Shown: piece by piece, positions 49,585-60,468 of the stretch
Numbering within the stretch: position 1 is the stretch's first letter
Layout: each line of letters starts with the position of its first letter
Source of the DNA: Deltaproteobacteria bacterium
GTDB lineage: Bacteria; Myxococcota_A; Polyangia; Polyangiales; Houyiibacteriaceae
Direction: 5' to 3'
Assembly (NCBI GenBank): GCA_034670305.1
Contig: JAXMNT010000019.1
Span: 32,001-96,000 of the forward strand
DNA: 64,000 nucleotides
The notes under the pieces: generated by a model
The model's database searches: none
Seen by the model: the letters and a program-made list of their open reading frames with translations, nothing else
Told to the model about the DNA's origin: nothing
Position numbers and translations under genes: made by a program

Positions 49585-51849
49585 TTAAGAAGGCTCTTTG
49601 TTCTCGATCGGATCGGGGAGCGTCGGGTGGGTCGGGCTTCGTTTGGTCGGACGGTGACGCACCGGACGCACGATGAACGGCCGCTCTGCGTGCGCGCGCT
49701 CCGACGCCTTCTGAGCAGCAGCCGCCGCGAGCTCGAGCAGCCGCTGCTGGCTGCGCAGTTGGGCGCCCTCGTCTTCTGCCCTGGGCACCGGCGCGAAGGT
49801 CCCGTCGGCGCGGAGCTCGCGCGCTTTGACGTCGTCCGCCAGGGACGTCTCCAGGATCTCGTCGATGATGCGCTTTCGCAGTCCTTCGTCGTCGACCGGG
49901 AACATGACTTCGACGCGGCGGTGAAAGTTGCGCGGCATCCAGTCGGCGCTCGCCCCGAACACCAGCCGGCGTCCGCCCGCCTCGAAGTAGAAGATGCGCG
50001 TGTGTTCGAGGAAACGGTCCACGATGCTGCGCACGCGGATGTTGTGGCTGATGCCCGGCATCTGCGGACGCAAGCAACAGATGCCGCGCACGATGAGATC
50101 GATCTGCACGCCGGCCTGTGATGCCCGGTAGAGCGCCTGGATCACGTCGGCGTCCTGGAGCGAGTTCATCTTCGCGATGATGCGGGCGGGTTTTCCGGCG
50201 CGCGCGTAGGCGGCTTCGCGCTCGATCATGCCGAGCACGGATTCGTGAAGGCCAAGCGGCGCCGCGATGAACCGGCGCCACTCACGCGGTGCGGTGCAGG
50301 AGGTGAGCAGGTTGAAGAGCGCGGTGGCGTCGTGGCCGAAGTCGGCGCGCGCGGTGAACAAGCTCAGGTCCGTGTAGAGCGTGGCGGTCTTGGGGTTGTA
50401 GTTGCCGGTGCCGAGGTGGACGTAGCGCCGAAGCTGCGGTCCTTCGCGGCGCACGATCAGCATCACCTTGCAGTGCGTCTTGAGACCGACGAGCCCGTAG
50501 ACGACGTGCACGCCGGATTCTTCGAGGCGGCGCGCCCAGTGGATGTTGTTCTCTTCGTCGAACCGCGCTTTGATCTCGACGAGCGCGGCGACCTGCTTGC
50601 CGTTCTCTGCGGCCCGCACGAGCGCTTTGACGATCGGGCTGTCGCCGCTCGTCCGGTAGAGCGTCTGTTTGATGGCCAAGACATCGGGGTCGGAGGCCGC
50701 GCGCTCGAGCAACGCCACCACGGGGTCGAAGCTCTCGTAGGGGTGGTGCAGCAGCACATCGTTGGCCCGGATCACATCGAACGGATCCAGCTCGAGGTCG
50801 AAGGCCGGAGACGCGGCCGGCGTGAACGACACGTCCTGCAGATCCCGTCGACCGCGCAGCGGTTTGGCGAGCTCTCCGAGATCCGGGAGCGCGAGCGGCG
50901 CTTCCACCTGGAACACGAGTCGCGAGTCGACCTCGAGCGCCTCCTCCAGCACCGCGACCGCCTCCGGCGCGCAGTCGGCGCTGACCTCGAGCACCACCGA
51001 GTTGCCGCGGTCGCGCCGACGAACCTCCTCGCGGATCTCCTCGAGCAGGTCCTCCGCTTCTTCTTCGTCGATGCTCAGGTCGTGGTTCCGGATCACGCGG
51101 AACGTCCACGCGCCCCGCCGGGTGAACCCGCGGAAGAGCTCTTCGACGTTGTCGGCGATCACGTCGTCGAGCAGCACGTAGGCGCGGTGGGATTCGTCGC
51201 CCGGGCCTTCGCCGATCGCACCGGTCGAGTGCTCGTCCGGCAGCACGTTCGGGACCGCGATCAAGCGCGGCAACACCGCCGGCACCTGCACGACCGCGAA
51301 GGCCGGATCGCCATCCTCTTCGCCCGAGAGCATCACGATGAGGTGCAGCCGTTTGTTCGGGACGTGCGGGAAAGGATGCCCGGGGTCGAGTGCCAGCGGG
51401 GTCAGGATCGGAAACACCTGCTCCTGGAAGTACTGCCGCAGCCGCGCGCGTTTCTCGTCGTCCAGATCCGAGGGCCGGCGCAGGAGCACCCCCTCGTCCT
51501 CGAGCAACGGGAGGATCTGGCCGAGAAACGTCTCAGAGATCTCGTCGATCATCTCCCCGACCCGATCGGCGATCGCGTCGAGCTGTTCGCTCGGCGTCAT
51601 GCCGTCCGGCGGCGTCTCGGTGACACCCTCGGCGCGCTGCTCGAGCAACCCGGCGACGCGCACCATGAAGAACTCCTCCAAGTTCGATCGCACGATGGTG
51701 AGGAACTTGAGGCGCTCCAGCAGTGGCACGCTCGGATCCCGCGCTTCGTCCAGCACCCGCTGGTTGAACTCGAGCCAGCTCAGCTCGCGGTTCAAAAACA
51801 GCTCGGGGCGATCGAGCGCGTCGGTCGTCTCTTCGGCGGTGCCGTCCAC
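49585..51849 (-). CDS. ppk1: Polyphosphate kinase 1
   Basis: FLNRELSWLEFNQRVL, LLHHPYESF, ARFDEENNI, LKTHCK, HLGTGNYN, SADWMPRN. Confidence 0.97.
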   Translation of the reverse strand: MDGTAEETTDALDRPELFLNRELSWLEFNQRVLDEARDPSVPLLERLKFLTIVRSNLEEFFMVRVAGLLEQRAEGVTETPPDGMTPSEQLDAIADRVGEMIDEISETFLGQILPLLEDEGVLLRRPSDLDDEKRARLRQYFQEQVFPILTPLALDPGHPFPHVPNKRLHLIVMLSGEEDGDPAFAVVQVPAVLPRLIAVPNVLPDEHSTGAIGEGPGDESHRAYVLLDDVIADNVEELFRGFTRRGAWTFRVIRNHDLSIDEEEAEDLLEEIREEVRRRDRGNSVVLEVSADCAPEAVAVLEEALEVDSRLVFQVEAPLALPDLGELAKPLRGRRDLQDVSFTPAASPAFDLELDPFDVIRANDVLLHHPYESFDPVVALLERAASDPDVLAIKQTLYRTSGDSPIVKALVRAAENGKQVAALVEIKARFDEENNIHWARRLEESGVHVVYGLVGLKTHCKVMLIVRREGPQLRRYVHLGTGNYNPKTATLYTDLSLFTARADFGHDATALFNLLTSCTAPREWRRFIAAPLGLHESVLGMIEREAAYARAGKPARIIAKMNSLQDADVIQALYRASQAGVQIDLIVRGICCLRPQMPGISHNIRVRSIVDRFLEHTRIFYFEAGGRRLVFGASADWMPRNFHRRVEVMFPVDDEGLRKRIIDEILETSLADDVKARELRADGTFAPVPRAEDEGAQLRSQQRLLELAAAAAQKASERAHAERPFIVRPVRHRPTKRSPTHPTLPDPIENKEPS

Positions 51850-51881
51850 GCCGTGGTTGTGGCCGCTCCCGCGCGGTCCGG

Positions 51882-52604
51882 TCAAGCGTCGCCGCGCGCG
51901 ATCTGGGCGAAACGCCGAAGCAGCTGGGTGCCGTGGTCGGTGTCGCGCAGGCCCGCACCAAGCGCTGCGGGCGAAAACCCCTCCGCTTCGAGTTCCACTG
52001 CGCGCACGTCCAGGTACGCTCGGATCACCTCCGCATCCATCTCCGGATGGAACTGAACGCCCCAGGCCGAGGGTCCGATGCGAAAGGCATGGTTCGCATC
52101 CCGCGCGGCGACCGCCAGCCGCACGACCTCGAGCGCGTCGGGGTCCGGCAAGCGCGTCACGGACTGAACGTGGGTGGTCATGATGCACAGCGGGTCGGGC
52201 AAGCCGCCGAAGAGCCGGTCGGTCCGCGCTGCGGAGAGCGCTTCGACCACGGTCGTGCCCATCTGCCGCCCGAGCGGGTTGTTCTCCACCGTGCCTCCGA
52301 ACGCATCGGCCAAGAGCTGATGCCCGTAGCAGACGCCGAGCGTGGGCACGCCCTGCTCAACCTGTCGGCGCAGCCAACCCGCGCATCGTTCGGACCAGTC
52401 GGCGCGGTCGGTGACCATCGCGCCGCTCCCGGTGACGAGGATGGCCGACGGAGCCTCCGGGAGTGGCGCACCCGCCGCCACGTCGACGACTTCGGTCGCG
52501 ACGCCCAGTCCGAGCGCGAACCAGTCTTCGAAGTCCCCGCGTCGCGCAACGAGTGCGGGGAGCGCGCTGCCGACCTTCACCACGAGGATGGGCGACGCGC
52601 TCAA
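51882..52604 (-). CDS. Class I glutamine amidotransferase (GMP-synthase GATase-like, stand-alone)
   Basis: VTGS, GVCYGHQL, GVQFHPE; TTG start overlaps upstream TGA. Confidence 0.9.
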   Translation of the reverse strand: MSASPILVVKVGSALPALVARRGDFEDWFALGLGVATEVVDVAAGAPLPEAPSAILVTGSGAMVTDRADWSERCAGWLRRQVEQGVPTLGVCYGHQLLADAFGGTVENNPLGRQMGTTVVEALSAARTDRLFGGLPDPLCIMTTHVQSVTRLPDPDALEVVRLAVAARDANHAFRIGPSAWGVQFHPEMDAEVIRAYLDVRAVELEAEGFSPAALGAGLRDTDHGTQLLRRFAQIARGDA

Positions 52605-53563
52605 AACAAGTCCTCGAACTCGTCTTCCCAGCCGTCGGGTTCTCCGTCCGAGGCACCGGTCGAGCGCTCGCGGGGTGCCGTGTCGGGCGGACCGAAGAGG
52701 TCGAAGTCCTCGTCGGCGACGTCCAACCCATCGGGCGGCTCCGCTTCCACGAACGGTTGACTCGGGTGGTCGATGTAGCTCTCTTTCGGATCGCCTCGGA
52801 AGTGCGAGACCGGTTGGGGTGGCAGGTCGGGGGGCGCAAACGCAGCCCGCTTCACCACGCCTTCCGCAAGCGGATCGAGCAAGCGGCCGGGCCGGACGAA
52901 CCCCTGGCGGGGGTGGGCCTCGTTCTCGACCGTCGGGAGGGCGAAGGTGCTCCCCACGGACTTGAGCGCTTGGTCGTTCTTCTGGCCGACACGGAATGAA
53001 CCCCAGGTCCACACTTCGCGCCAGTCCGCGGCCAGCACCGGCTGCGCGAGCGGAAGGCAGAGTCGGAACTTCGGCCGCTTCGTGGTGTGCGACCAAGTGG
53101 TGTGCACGATGTGGTACCAGTCCGACCAGATCGCCGACGCCTCCTCGATGCCGATGCCCGCATCGAAGTCCTGCACCAGACACGAGATGTGGATCACGTT
53201 GTCGGACTCACGTCGTTTGCCCTCTTCGTAGAGCGCCGGCGACCACAACCGCAGGTCGGTCTTGATGCGACCGTGCGCTTTCATGACGAGCCGCTCGTAG
53301 GCTGCGCGCGCGCCTTCCTTGCCACCCTTCTTCGCGGCTCGGACCAGGATGCCCCAACGGCGGCCACCGAGACGCTCGCCCCGCTCGTACGATGCCCAGG
53401 CTTCTTCGATGCGCTGGATGTCCCGTTGAACCTGCCGCGCCATCTTCGGTTTGGTCTGAAACCGAAGAAGGCCGCTGGTGAGCTGTTGAAGCGTGAGCAC
53501 GTCCCGCGCGGGCGTCGTGTCGAACACCCTCTTGAACGTCGCAATGGCGAAACGCGAGGCCAT
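52601..53563 (-). CDS. Stand-alone primase-polymerase-like (AEP-type) protein
   Basis: WSPA..., RR..NV..ISCLVQDFD (DxD), HTTWSH...PKFRLCLPL...V, acidic tail ending DEFEDLF. Confidence 0.65.
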   Translation of the reverse strand: MASRFAIATFKRVFDTTPARDVLTLQQLTSGLLRFQTKPKMARQVQRDIQRIEEAWASYERGERLGGRRWGILVRAAKKGGKEGARAAYERLVMKAHGRIKTDLRLWSPALYEEGKRRESDNVIHISCLVQDFDAGIGIEEASAIWSDWYHIVHTTWSHTTKRPKFRLCLPLAQPVLAADWREVWTWGSFRVGQKNDQALKSVGSTFALPTVENEAHPRQGFVRPGRLLDPLAEGVVKRAAFAPPDLPPQPVSHFRGDPKESYIDHPSQPFVEAEPPDGLDVADEDFDLFGPPDTAPRERSTGASDGEPDGWEDEFEDLF

Positions 53564-53581
53564 TGCACAGAGTCTACCGCG

Positions 53582-53847
53582 CTAGCGGGCTGCTGAAGAA
53601 CGCCCGCTGGGCGTTCTTCAGCAGCCTGCCCCTTGCCCCTGCCCTTGCCTTTGCCCCTGCCCGCGCGCGTCGCGCGGCTTCGGAGCTGCGCCGGCGCAGC
53701 ACCGACCGATGCCCGGCGGCTTCGTGCTGGGCATCGGGCTCCGATTCGCGGCCCCGCCGTCGCGAAACACACGGCGTCCACGACGCGGGCAAGGGCAACG
53801 GCAAGGGCAACGGCAAGGGAGCAGGTCGCTTTTCAGCGACCTGCTAG
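53582..53847. mobile_element. Putative MITE (266 bp) with CTAG ends and imperfect terminal inverted repeats
   Basis: Left CTAGCGGGCTGCTGAAGAA vs right (revcomp) CTAGCAGGTCGCTGAAAA; perfect internal hairpins; complementary (CCCTTG)n/(GGGCAA)n arms; no credible ORF. Confidence 0.65.
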
Positions 53848-54668
53848 CGGGCCGACATCTCGACGGTGCAGAGACCGGTGCCTTCGGGCGACTGGGCGTA
53901 GGCCACGCAGCGGCCCTCGTCGGAGGGACAGGTGTCCGCATCGAGCGAACAGATCCGCGCGCATGTCATCTCGAAGAAGCCGGCGCAGGTGAGACCCGCC
54001 TCGCAGTCGTTGGGTTCGACGCACGGGTCCGCGACGCCGGCGGTGCCGGCTTCGCGGCAGTCGGTGTCCCCCATGGAACTGACGATGTAACAGCCTTCGG
54101 TCGGCTCACAGGCGGTGGTGTCGAGCACATCGCACGCTCGGGGCGCAAAACACTCCCCGAAGGCGACCTCGGTACCGTCGATCAGCACCCCGCTTCCGCC
54201 GCAGCGATGCCCTTCTTCACACGCCCCCGTGGTGTCCGCGCCACAGCAGATCTGGCCGCAGGTCCCGACGCCACGCTTCAGGAAACACGCGAGCCCGGCC
54301 GCGCACTGTTCGGTTCGTTCGCAGGCAGAGCCAGCCAGGCCGCGACCGGCCATCGGGACACACAGCGGCGCTTCGGTGTGCAGTACGCAGACCCCCGCGA
54401 CACAGCCGCTGGGTCCGGTGGGATCGCACGCCCCGCCGCACTCCATGGCGCCGACGTCTGGGGCCGGCGCGTCGGACAACGATCCGTCACGCCCGCTGTC
54501 GGAGGTGATGGGGGCATCGATGATGGACGCATCTCGGCGTCCTGAATCGACTCCCCCGTCGAACCCGCCATCGTCGTCACCGCATGCGCTTCCCGCGAAG
54601 ACCGCGAGAAGCGCTGCGAACCAGATCGAGCCAGTCGGCGATTGCACGTGTGGACAGTGTGTGCCCAT
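53844..54668 (-). CDS. Cys-rich lipoprotein
   Basis: SACGDDDGG...DSG linker then repeated Cys modules. Confidence 0.7.
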   Translation of the reverse strand: MGTHCPHVQSPTGSIWFAALLAVFAGSACGDDDGGFDGGVDSGRRDASIIDAPITSDSGRDGSLSDAPAPDVGAMECGGACDPTGPSGCVAGVCVLHTEAPLCVPMAGRGLAGSACERTEQCAAGLACFLKRGVGTCGQICCGADTTGACEEGHRCGGSGVLIDGTEVAFGECFAPRACDVLDTTACEPTEGCYIVSSMGDTDCREAGTAGVADPCVEPNDCEAGLTCAGFFEMTCARICSLDADTCPSDEGRCVAYAQSPEGTGLCTVEMSAR

Positions 54669-55445
54669 TCAGGGCATCACGCACACGCCCTCGTCGTCGA
54701 ATCCGCTCAGCCCGCCGCACTCGAGTGGCGCGGTGCAGGAGGGTTCCCCACCGCCAACGCGGCAGAGCTTGGCGCAGACGCCATCGGCCAGACACACGAG
54801 GCCGGGCGCACAGCTGTTGGAGGCGGAGCACTCTTCGCCCTCCGCGTCCATACCCGCGCCAAGACAGTCCGTGCTGCCGTCCCCGCCGATGGGGTAGCAG
54901 CCGGTGCCGGAGCGGGTGCAGTCCTGCGTGAGCAAGTTGCAGCCCGAAGGCGTGATGCACGCACCGAAGCCGAGGCTGACGCCGCCTTCGCCCGCGAAGT
55001 TCAAACAGGTCTCGCCCGCCGCCGTGTTGCAGTTGAGGTCCGACCCTCCGCAGCACACCAGCGCACAGACGTCGTTCTGACAGACGTGGCCTTCTTGGCA
55101 GTCGTTCGGTGCCGAGCAGGCGGCGCCAGTTCCGGCGGAGCCCGCCGCGACGCAGACGGGCATCATGCCGTCCCAGTAGCACCCTTCGCCGGCCGCACAG
55201 CCCGCGTTGGTTTCGAGGTTGCACGCACCGGCCGGGCACATCGCCGTCATGCCGCCGGTGTCGACCCCCATCATGCCGGTGTCGACCCCCATCATGCCGG
55301 TGTCGACCCCCATCATGCCGGTGTCGATCCCGCCGGTGTCCATGCCCGAAAAGGCATCGGTGCCTCCGTCCATGCCCATACGGGAGTCATCGTCACCACA
55401 ACCGACCAGCGCGAGCGCGGCCACCACCAAGACAAGCTTCCTCAT
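54669..55445 (-). CDS. Cys-rich lipoprotein with 21-bp GVDTGMM repeats
   Basis: GGAGG RBS; MRKLVLVVAALALVGC; Cys modules paralogous in spacing to the downstream gene. Confidence 0.8.
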   Translation of the reverse strand: MRKLVLVVAALALVGCGDDDSRMGMDGGTDAFSGMDTGGIDTGMMGVDTGMMGVDTGMMGVDTGGMTAMCPAGACNLETNAGCAAGEGCYWDGMMPVCVAAGSAGTGAACSAPNDCQEGHVCQNDVCALVCCGGSDLNCNTAAGETCLNFAGEGGVSLGFGACITPSGCNLLTQDCTRSGTGCYPIGGDGSTDCLGAGMDAEGEECSASNSCAPGLVCLADGVCAKLCRVGGGEPSCTAPLECGGLSGFDDEGVCVMP

Positions 55446-55593
55446 GCGATCCTCCACCTTCGTTGTCCGAGGGAATGCGGGGCATCCCCTCGCTCCCAAC
55501 CCCTGCTTGGTAGCAGGGATGGCGCGCAAGTGGCAATTGGTTGCCACGACGCCAGTCGCGCGAAGCGAGCCAGGCCCGTAGCGGCAGCAAAGA

Positions 55594-57294
<1,701 letters not shown>

Positions 57295-57400
57295 CTACGC
57301 CCGTGTGGAGCACGCGGAGGGCGGCCGCGCACCGGGAGGGAACGCTACGGGGCGGTGGCTGCGTTGTCAACGCGAGGTCCCGGCCCGATCTCGGCTGCAT

Positions 57401-57425
57401 CTTTACAAACTGTTTACTTGTAAAG
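57401..57425. promoter_or_regulatory. Palindromic operator-like site CTTTACAA-N9-TTGTAAAG
   Basis: Perfect 8-bp AT-rich inverted repeat in the divergent pyrG / dehydrogenase intergenic region. Confidence 0.55.
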
Positions 57426-57468
57426 TGCCTGTGATGGCTGTTCCCCTGTAAAACACTGGGTTTCGGTC

Positions 57469-57497
57469 TTGACGCATTGCGTTGTTTTGGCTATTCC
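57469..57497 (+). promoter_or_regulatory. Sigma70-like promoter
   Basis: TTGACG-17 nt-TATTCC in an AT-rich tract; weak -10. Confidence 0.4.
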
Positions 57498-57612
57498 ATG
57501 ATGCGTTGCGCAAGTCGTGTGAAATAGTAAACGCACGCCGGCCCTTGGGACGAACGCTCTGCGTCGTCACCGCAACTGGTCGATTGGTGGCAACTTCACC
57601 TTGGAGAATCAG

Positions 57613-58524
57613 ATGAGCATCGAAACCGTGGGTGTCGTGGGTTGTGGCCAGATGGGCCGAGGCATCGTGCAAGCGTGCGCAACAGCTGGTTTTCAGGTGA
57701 AAGCGATCAAAGCCACCGGCGGAGATCTGACGAAGGTCCAGGCGAAGTTCGACAAGTCGATCGGCCGGCAGCTGCAGAAGGGTCGGATCGACCAGGCGAC
57801 GCACGATCAGATCTTGGCGCGCATCGAACTCACGTCCGACCTCGCGTGCATCGCCGATTGCGATCTCGTCATCGAGTCCGCACTCGAAGACATGGAGACC
57901 AAAGTCGCGCTCCTTCGGGATCTCGAGTCCCGCATGACCAACGGGGCGGTGCTCGCCTCCAACACCTCATCGCTTCCGTTGAACGACCTGGCGGCGAAGC
58001 TCAACCGTCCGGCGCAGTTCCTCGCGCTGCACTTCTTCAACCCCGCCCACGTCATGAAACTGGTCGAGCTCGGCGTGACCGAGCAGACCGCCCCGGGTGC
58101 GCTGGAGACCTGCCGCGCCTTCTGCGTCGCCATCGGCAAGACGCCCGTGCAGGTCAGCGCGTCTCCGGGCTACGTGGTCAACCGCCTGCTCGTCCCGTAC
58201 ATGCTCCACGCCATCGAGACCCTCGAGAGCGGCATCGCGGGGCCGGGCGCCATCGACACCGCCATGCAGCTCGGCTGCAACCACCCCATCGGCCCGCTCG
58301 CGCTCGCGGACCTCATCGGCCTCGACGTGGTCATGGCCATGGCGACCACCTTGTCGCGCGAGCTCCAGGACACCCGCTACCGGATCCCCTCCACCCTGCG
58401 CGCCCTCGTCTCGTCGCAACAGCTCGGCTGCAAGACCGGCGTCGGCATCTACGACTACGCCGGCGAGCAACCCGTCCTCAACCCCGCCCTGCGCTTCACC
58501 CCGGTCGCGGACGCCGCCGAGTAG
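57613..58524 (+). CDS. 3-hydroxybutyryl-CoA / 3-hydroxyacyl-CoA dehydrogenase
   Basis: GGAG RBS; VGVVGCGQMGRGI, ASNTSSL, LHFFNP, PGYVVNRL, HPIGPL..DLIGLD. Confidence 0.93.
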   Translation: MSIETVGVVGCGQMGRGIVQACATAGFQVKAIKATGGDLTKVQAKFDKSIGRQLQKGRIDQATHDQILARIELTSDLACIADCDLVIESALEDMETKVALLRDLESRMTNGAVLASNTSSLPLNDLAAKLNRPAQFLALHFFNPAHVMKLVELGVTEQTAPGALETCRAFCVAIGKTPVQVSASPGYVVNRLLVPYMLHAIETLESGIAGPGAIDTAMQLGCNHPIGPLALADLIGLDVVMAMATTLSRELQDTRYRIPSTLRALVSSQQLGCKTGVGIYDYAGEQPVLNPALRFTPVADAAE

Positions 58525-58540
58525 CGGGCTCCAAAAGCGA

Positions 58541-58583
58541 ACGAAGAGAGAAACCAGCGCCCTCCCGCGCTGGCTTCTTTCGT
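58541..58583 (+). terminator. Likely intrinsic (possibly bidirectional) terminator
   Basis: AGAAACCAGCGC-CCTCCC-GCGCTGGCTTCT then TTCGTTT. Confidence 0.7.
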
Positions 58584-58592
58584 TTCGAGTCT

Positions 58593-58860
<268 letters not shown>

Positions 58861-58861
58861 T

Positions 58862-59073
58862 AGCCTCTTCCTTCGGAAGTCGGCTCCTTCATCCTTCGGA
58901 CTCGGAGGGGCCTGGGTGGGCTTGCTGGCTCGGCGGCATTTTCATCGTGGCGGAGTGCTCGGCCGCCTCAAGGGTGCCTTCGGCCCCAGCCTTCGGAAGG
59001 CTGGCTTCGCCCTTGACCCGCCCTCCGCTCTCCACCGGGGGCGCACAGAGTGCGCCGCCGAGCAACGTTGCTC
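58862..59073 (+). ncRNA. Candidate structured RNA / ssDNA fold-back leader of the four-helix-bundle gene
   Basis: Nested stems GCTCGGCGGC/GCCGCCGAGC, CGGAG/CTCCG, TCAAGGG/CCCTTGA, CCAGCCTT/AAGGCTGG; four CTTCGG motifs; strand and expression not established. Confidence 0.45.
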
Positions 59074-59099
59074 ATCTTCTTCGGCGCGAGGAGGCTCGG

Positions 59100-59411
59100 A
59101 TGATTGTTCTCGAATCTACTTTCGTTCTCGTTGGTGAGTTGCGCGATGTGCTGGCGGCGGTTTCTCGCAAGGACCGTTCGCTCGCGGACCAGATCCGGCG
59201 GGCGGCTCAGTCCGTCGTGTTGAACTGCGCGGAGGCACAGCATGCGCGCGGAAAGCGGAGCGTGGACCGTTTCTCCATCGCATACGGCGAGGCGAGCGAG
59301 TTGAAGGCGGCGCTGCGGTTGGTCCGGGTGTTTGGATACGCCGAGGTGGGTGAACCGGTGCTGCGGCGCTGCGATGAGGTCTGCGCAATGTTGTATCGCC
59401 TCAGTCGGTAG
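59100..59411 (+). CDS. Four helix bundle protein (TIGR02436 / 23S rRNA-IVP / Avd-like fold)
   Basis: GAGGAGG RBS; LADQIRRAAQSVVLNCAEA...RFSIAYGEASE...MLYRL; real start is ATG 59100, not 57642. Confidence 0.9.
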   Translation: MIVLESTFVLVGELRDVLAAVSRKDRSLADQIRRAAQSVVLNCAEAQHARGKRSVDRFSIAYGEASELKAALRLVRVFGYAEVGEPVLRRCDEVCAMLYRLSR

Positions 59412-59418
59412 GTCGACA

Positions 59419-59446
59419 CCGAGGCCCGCACAGGAGCGGGCCTCGG
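59419..59446. terminator. Perfect 11-bp hairpin between convergent genes
   Basis: CCGAGGCCCGC-ACAGGA-GCGGGCCTCGG; no U tract. Confidence 0.5.
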
Positions 59447-59462
59447 CCTCGGCTTCGGCTCC

Positions 59463-60023
59463 CTACTCCTCCGCGGGCGCGAAGTTCATCGCCACACCGT
59501 TGATGCAGTAGCGCAGCCCCGTCGGCTCCGGGCCGTCGGGGAAGACGTGGCCCAGGTGTCCGTTGCAGCGTGCGCACAAGACCTCGGTGCGGACCATGCC
59601 GAACGCGGTGTCGGCGTCTTCGAGCACCCGGCCGTCTTCGATCGGCGCGGTGAAGGAAGGCCAGCCGGTGCCCGACTCGAACTTCGTGGCGGATGCGAAG
59701 AGCGGCGCGCCGCATCCGGCGCAGACGTAGGTGCCAGCGCGGTGTTCGTCCCAGGTGCGGTCGGTGTACGGGCGCTCGGTGCCCTTCTCTCGAAGCACGT
59801 AGTACTGCGCTTCGGTCAGGCGCTCGCGCCACTCGGCTTCGGTGAGCACGAGTCGGTCACCGATCGGTGGCGCCGGTCCGAGCACGACTTCGTCATGGTC
59901 AGACTCCGAAGAAGCCGTGGTCGAAGACGCGCTCGGCGCTTCTCCACGGCTGCACCCGAGTGAGCCGCACGCCGCGAGCAAGGGAGTCGATGCGAGTCCG
60001 AAGAGGAAGTGGCGTCGTTGCAT
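59463..60023 (-). CDS. msrB: Peptide-methionine (R)-S-oxide reductase with Tat/lipoprotein-like signal
   Basis: MQRRHFL...LAAC; GTERP, CxxC x2, [27 protein letters not shown]. Confidence 0.95.
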   Translation of the reverse strand: MQRRHFLFGLASTPLLAACGSLGCSRGEAPSASSTTASSESDHDEVVLGPAPPIGDRLVLTEAEWRERLTEAQYYVLREKGTERPYTDRTWDEHRAGTYVCAGCGAPLFASATKFESGTGWPSFTAPIEDGRVLEDADTAFGMVRTEVLCARCNGHLGHVFPDGPEPTGLRYCINGVAMNFAPAEE

Positions 60024-60079
60024 ACAAGAGTCCTTACGTCGGGGCCCGCCCCCCGTTACGCGCGCGGGCATCCTTCGGA

Positions 60080-60460
60080 TCGGCTTCTGCGTCGGCTTCT
60101 CTGCGTCGGCTTCTCTGCGTCGGCGTCGGCTTCGGCTTCTGCGTCGGCTTCGGCGTCGGCTTCTGCGTCGGCGTCGGCTTCTGCGTCGGCGTCGGCTTCG
60201 GCTTCTGCGTCGGCTTCTGCGTCGGCTTCTGCGTCGGCTTCTGCGTCGGCTTCTGCGTCGGCTTCTGCGTCGGCTTCTGCGTCGGCTTCTGCGTCGGCTT
60301 CTGCGTCGGCTTCGGCGTCGGCGTCGGCGTCGGCATCGGCTTCGGCGTCGGCTTCGGCGTCGGCGTCGGCGTCGGCTTCGGCGTCGGCTTCGGCGTCGGC
60401 TTCGGATTCGGCGTCGGCGTCGGACTCGGATTCGGATTCGGCTTCGGCTTCGGCTTCCGC
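60080..60460. repeat. Hexamer/12-mer array (TCGGCTTCTGCG)n grading into (TCGGCG/TCGGCT/TCGGAT)n
   Basis: Directly visible; about 380 bp between dinB and msrB. Confidence 0.96.
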
Positions 60461-60468
60461 CTCCGCCC

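Noticed and set aside
52601-53563. Prophage or integrative element
   Set aside because: No integrase, helicase, structural genes or att sites; neighbours are chromosomal.
59100-59411. 23S rRNA intervening sequence
   Set aside because: No rRNA sequence flanks the gene.
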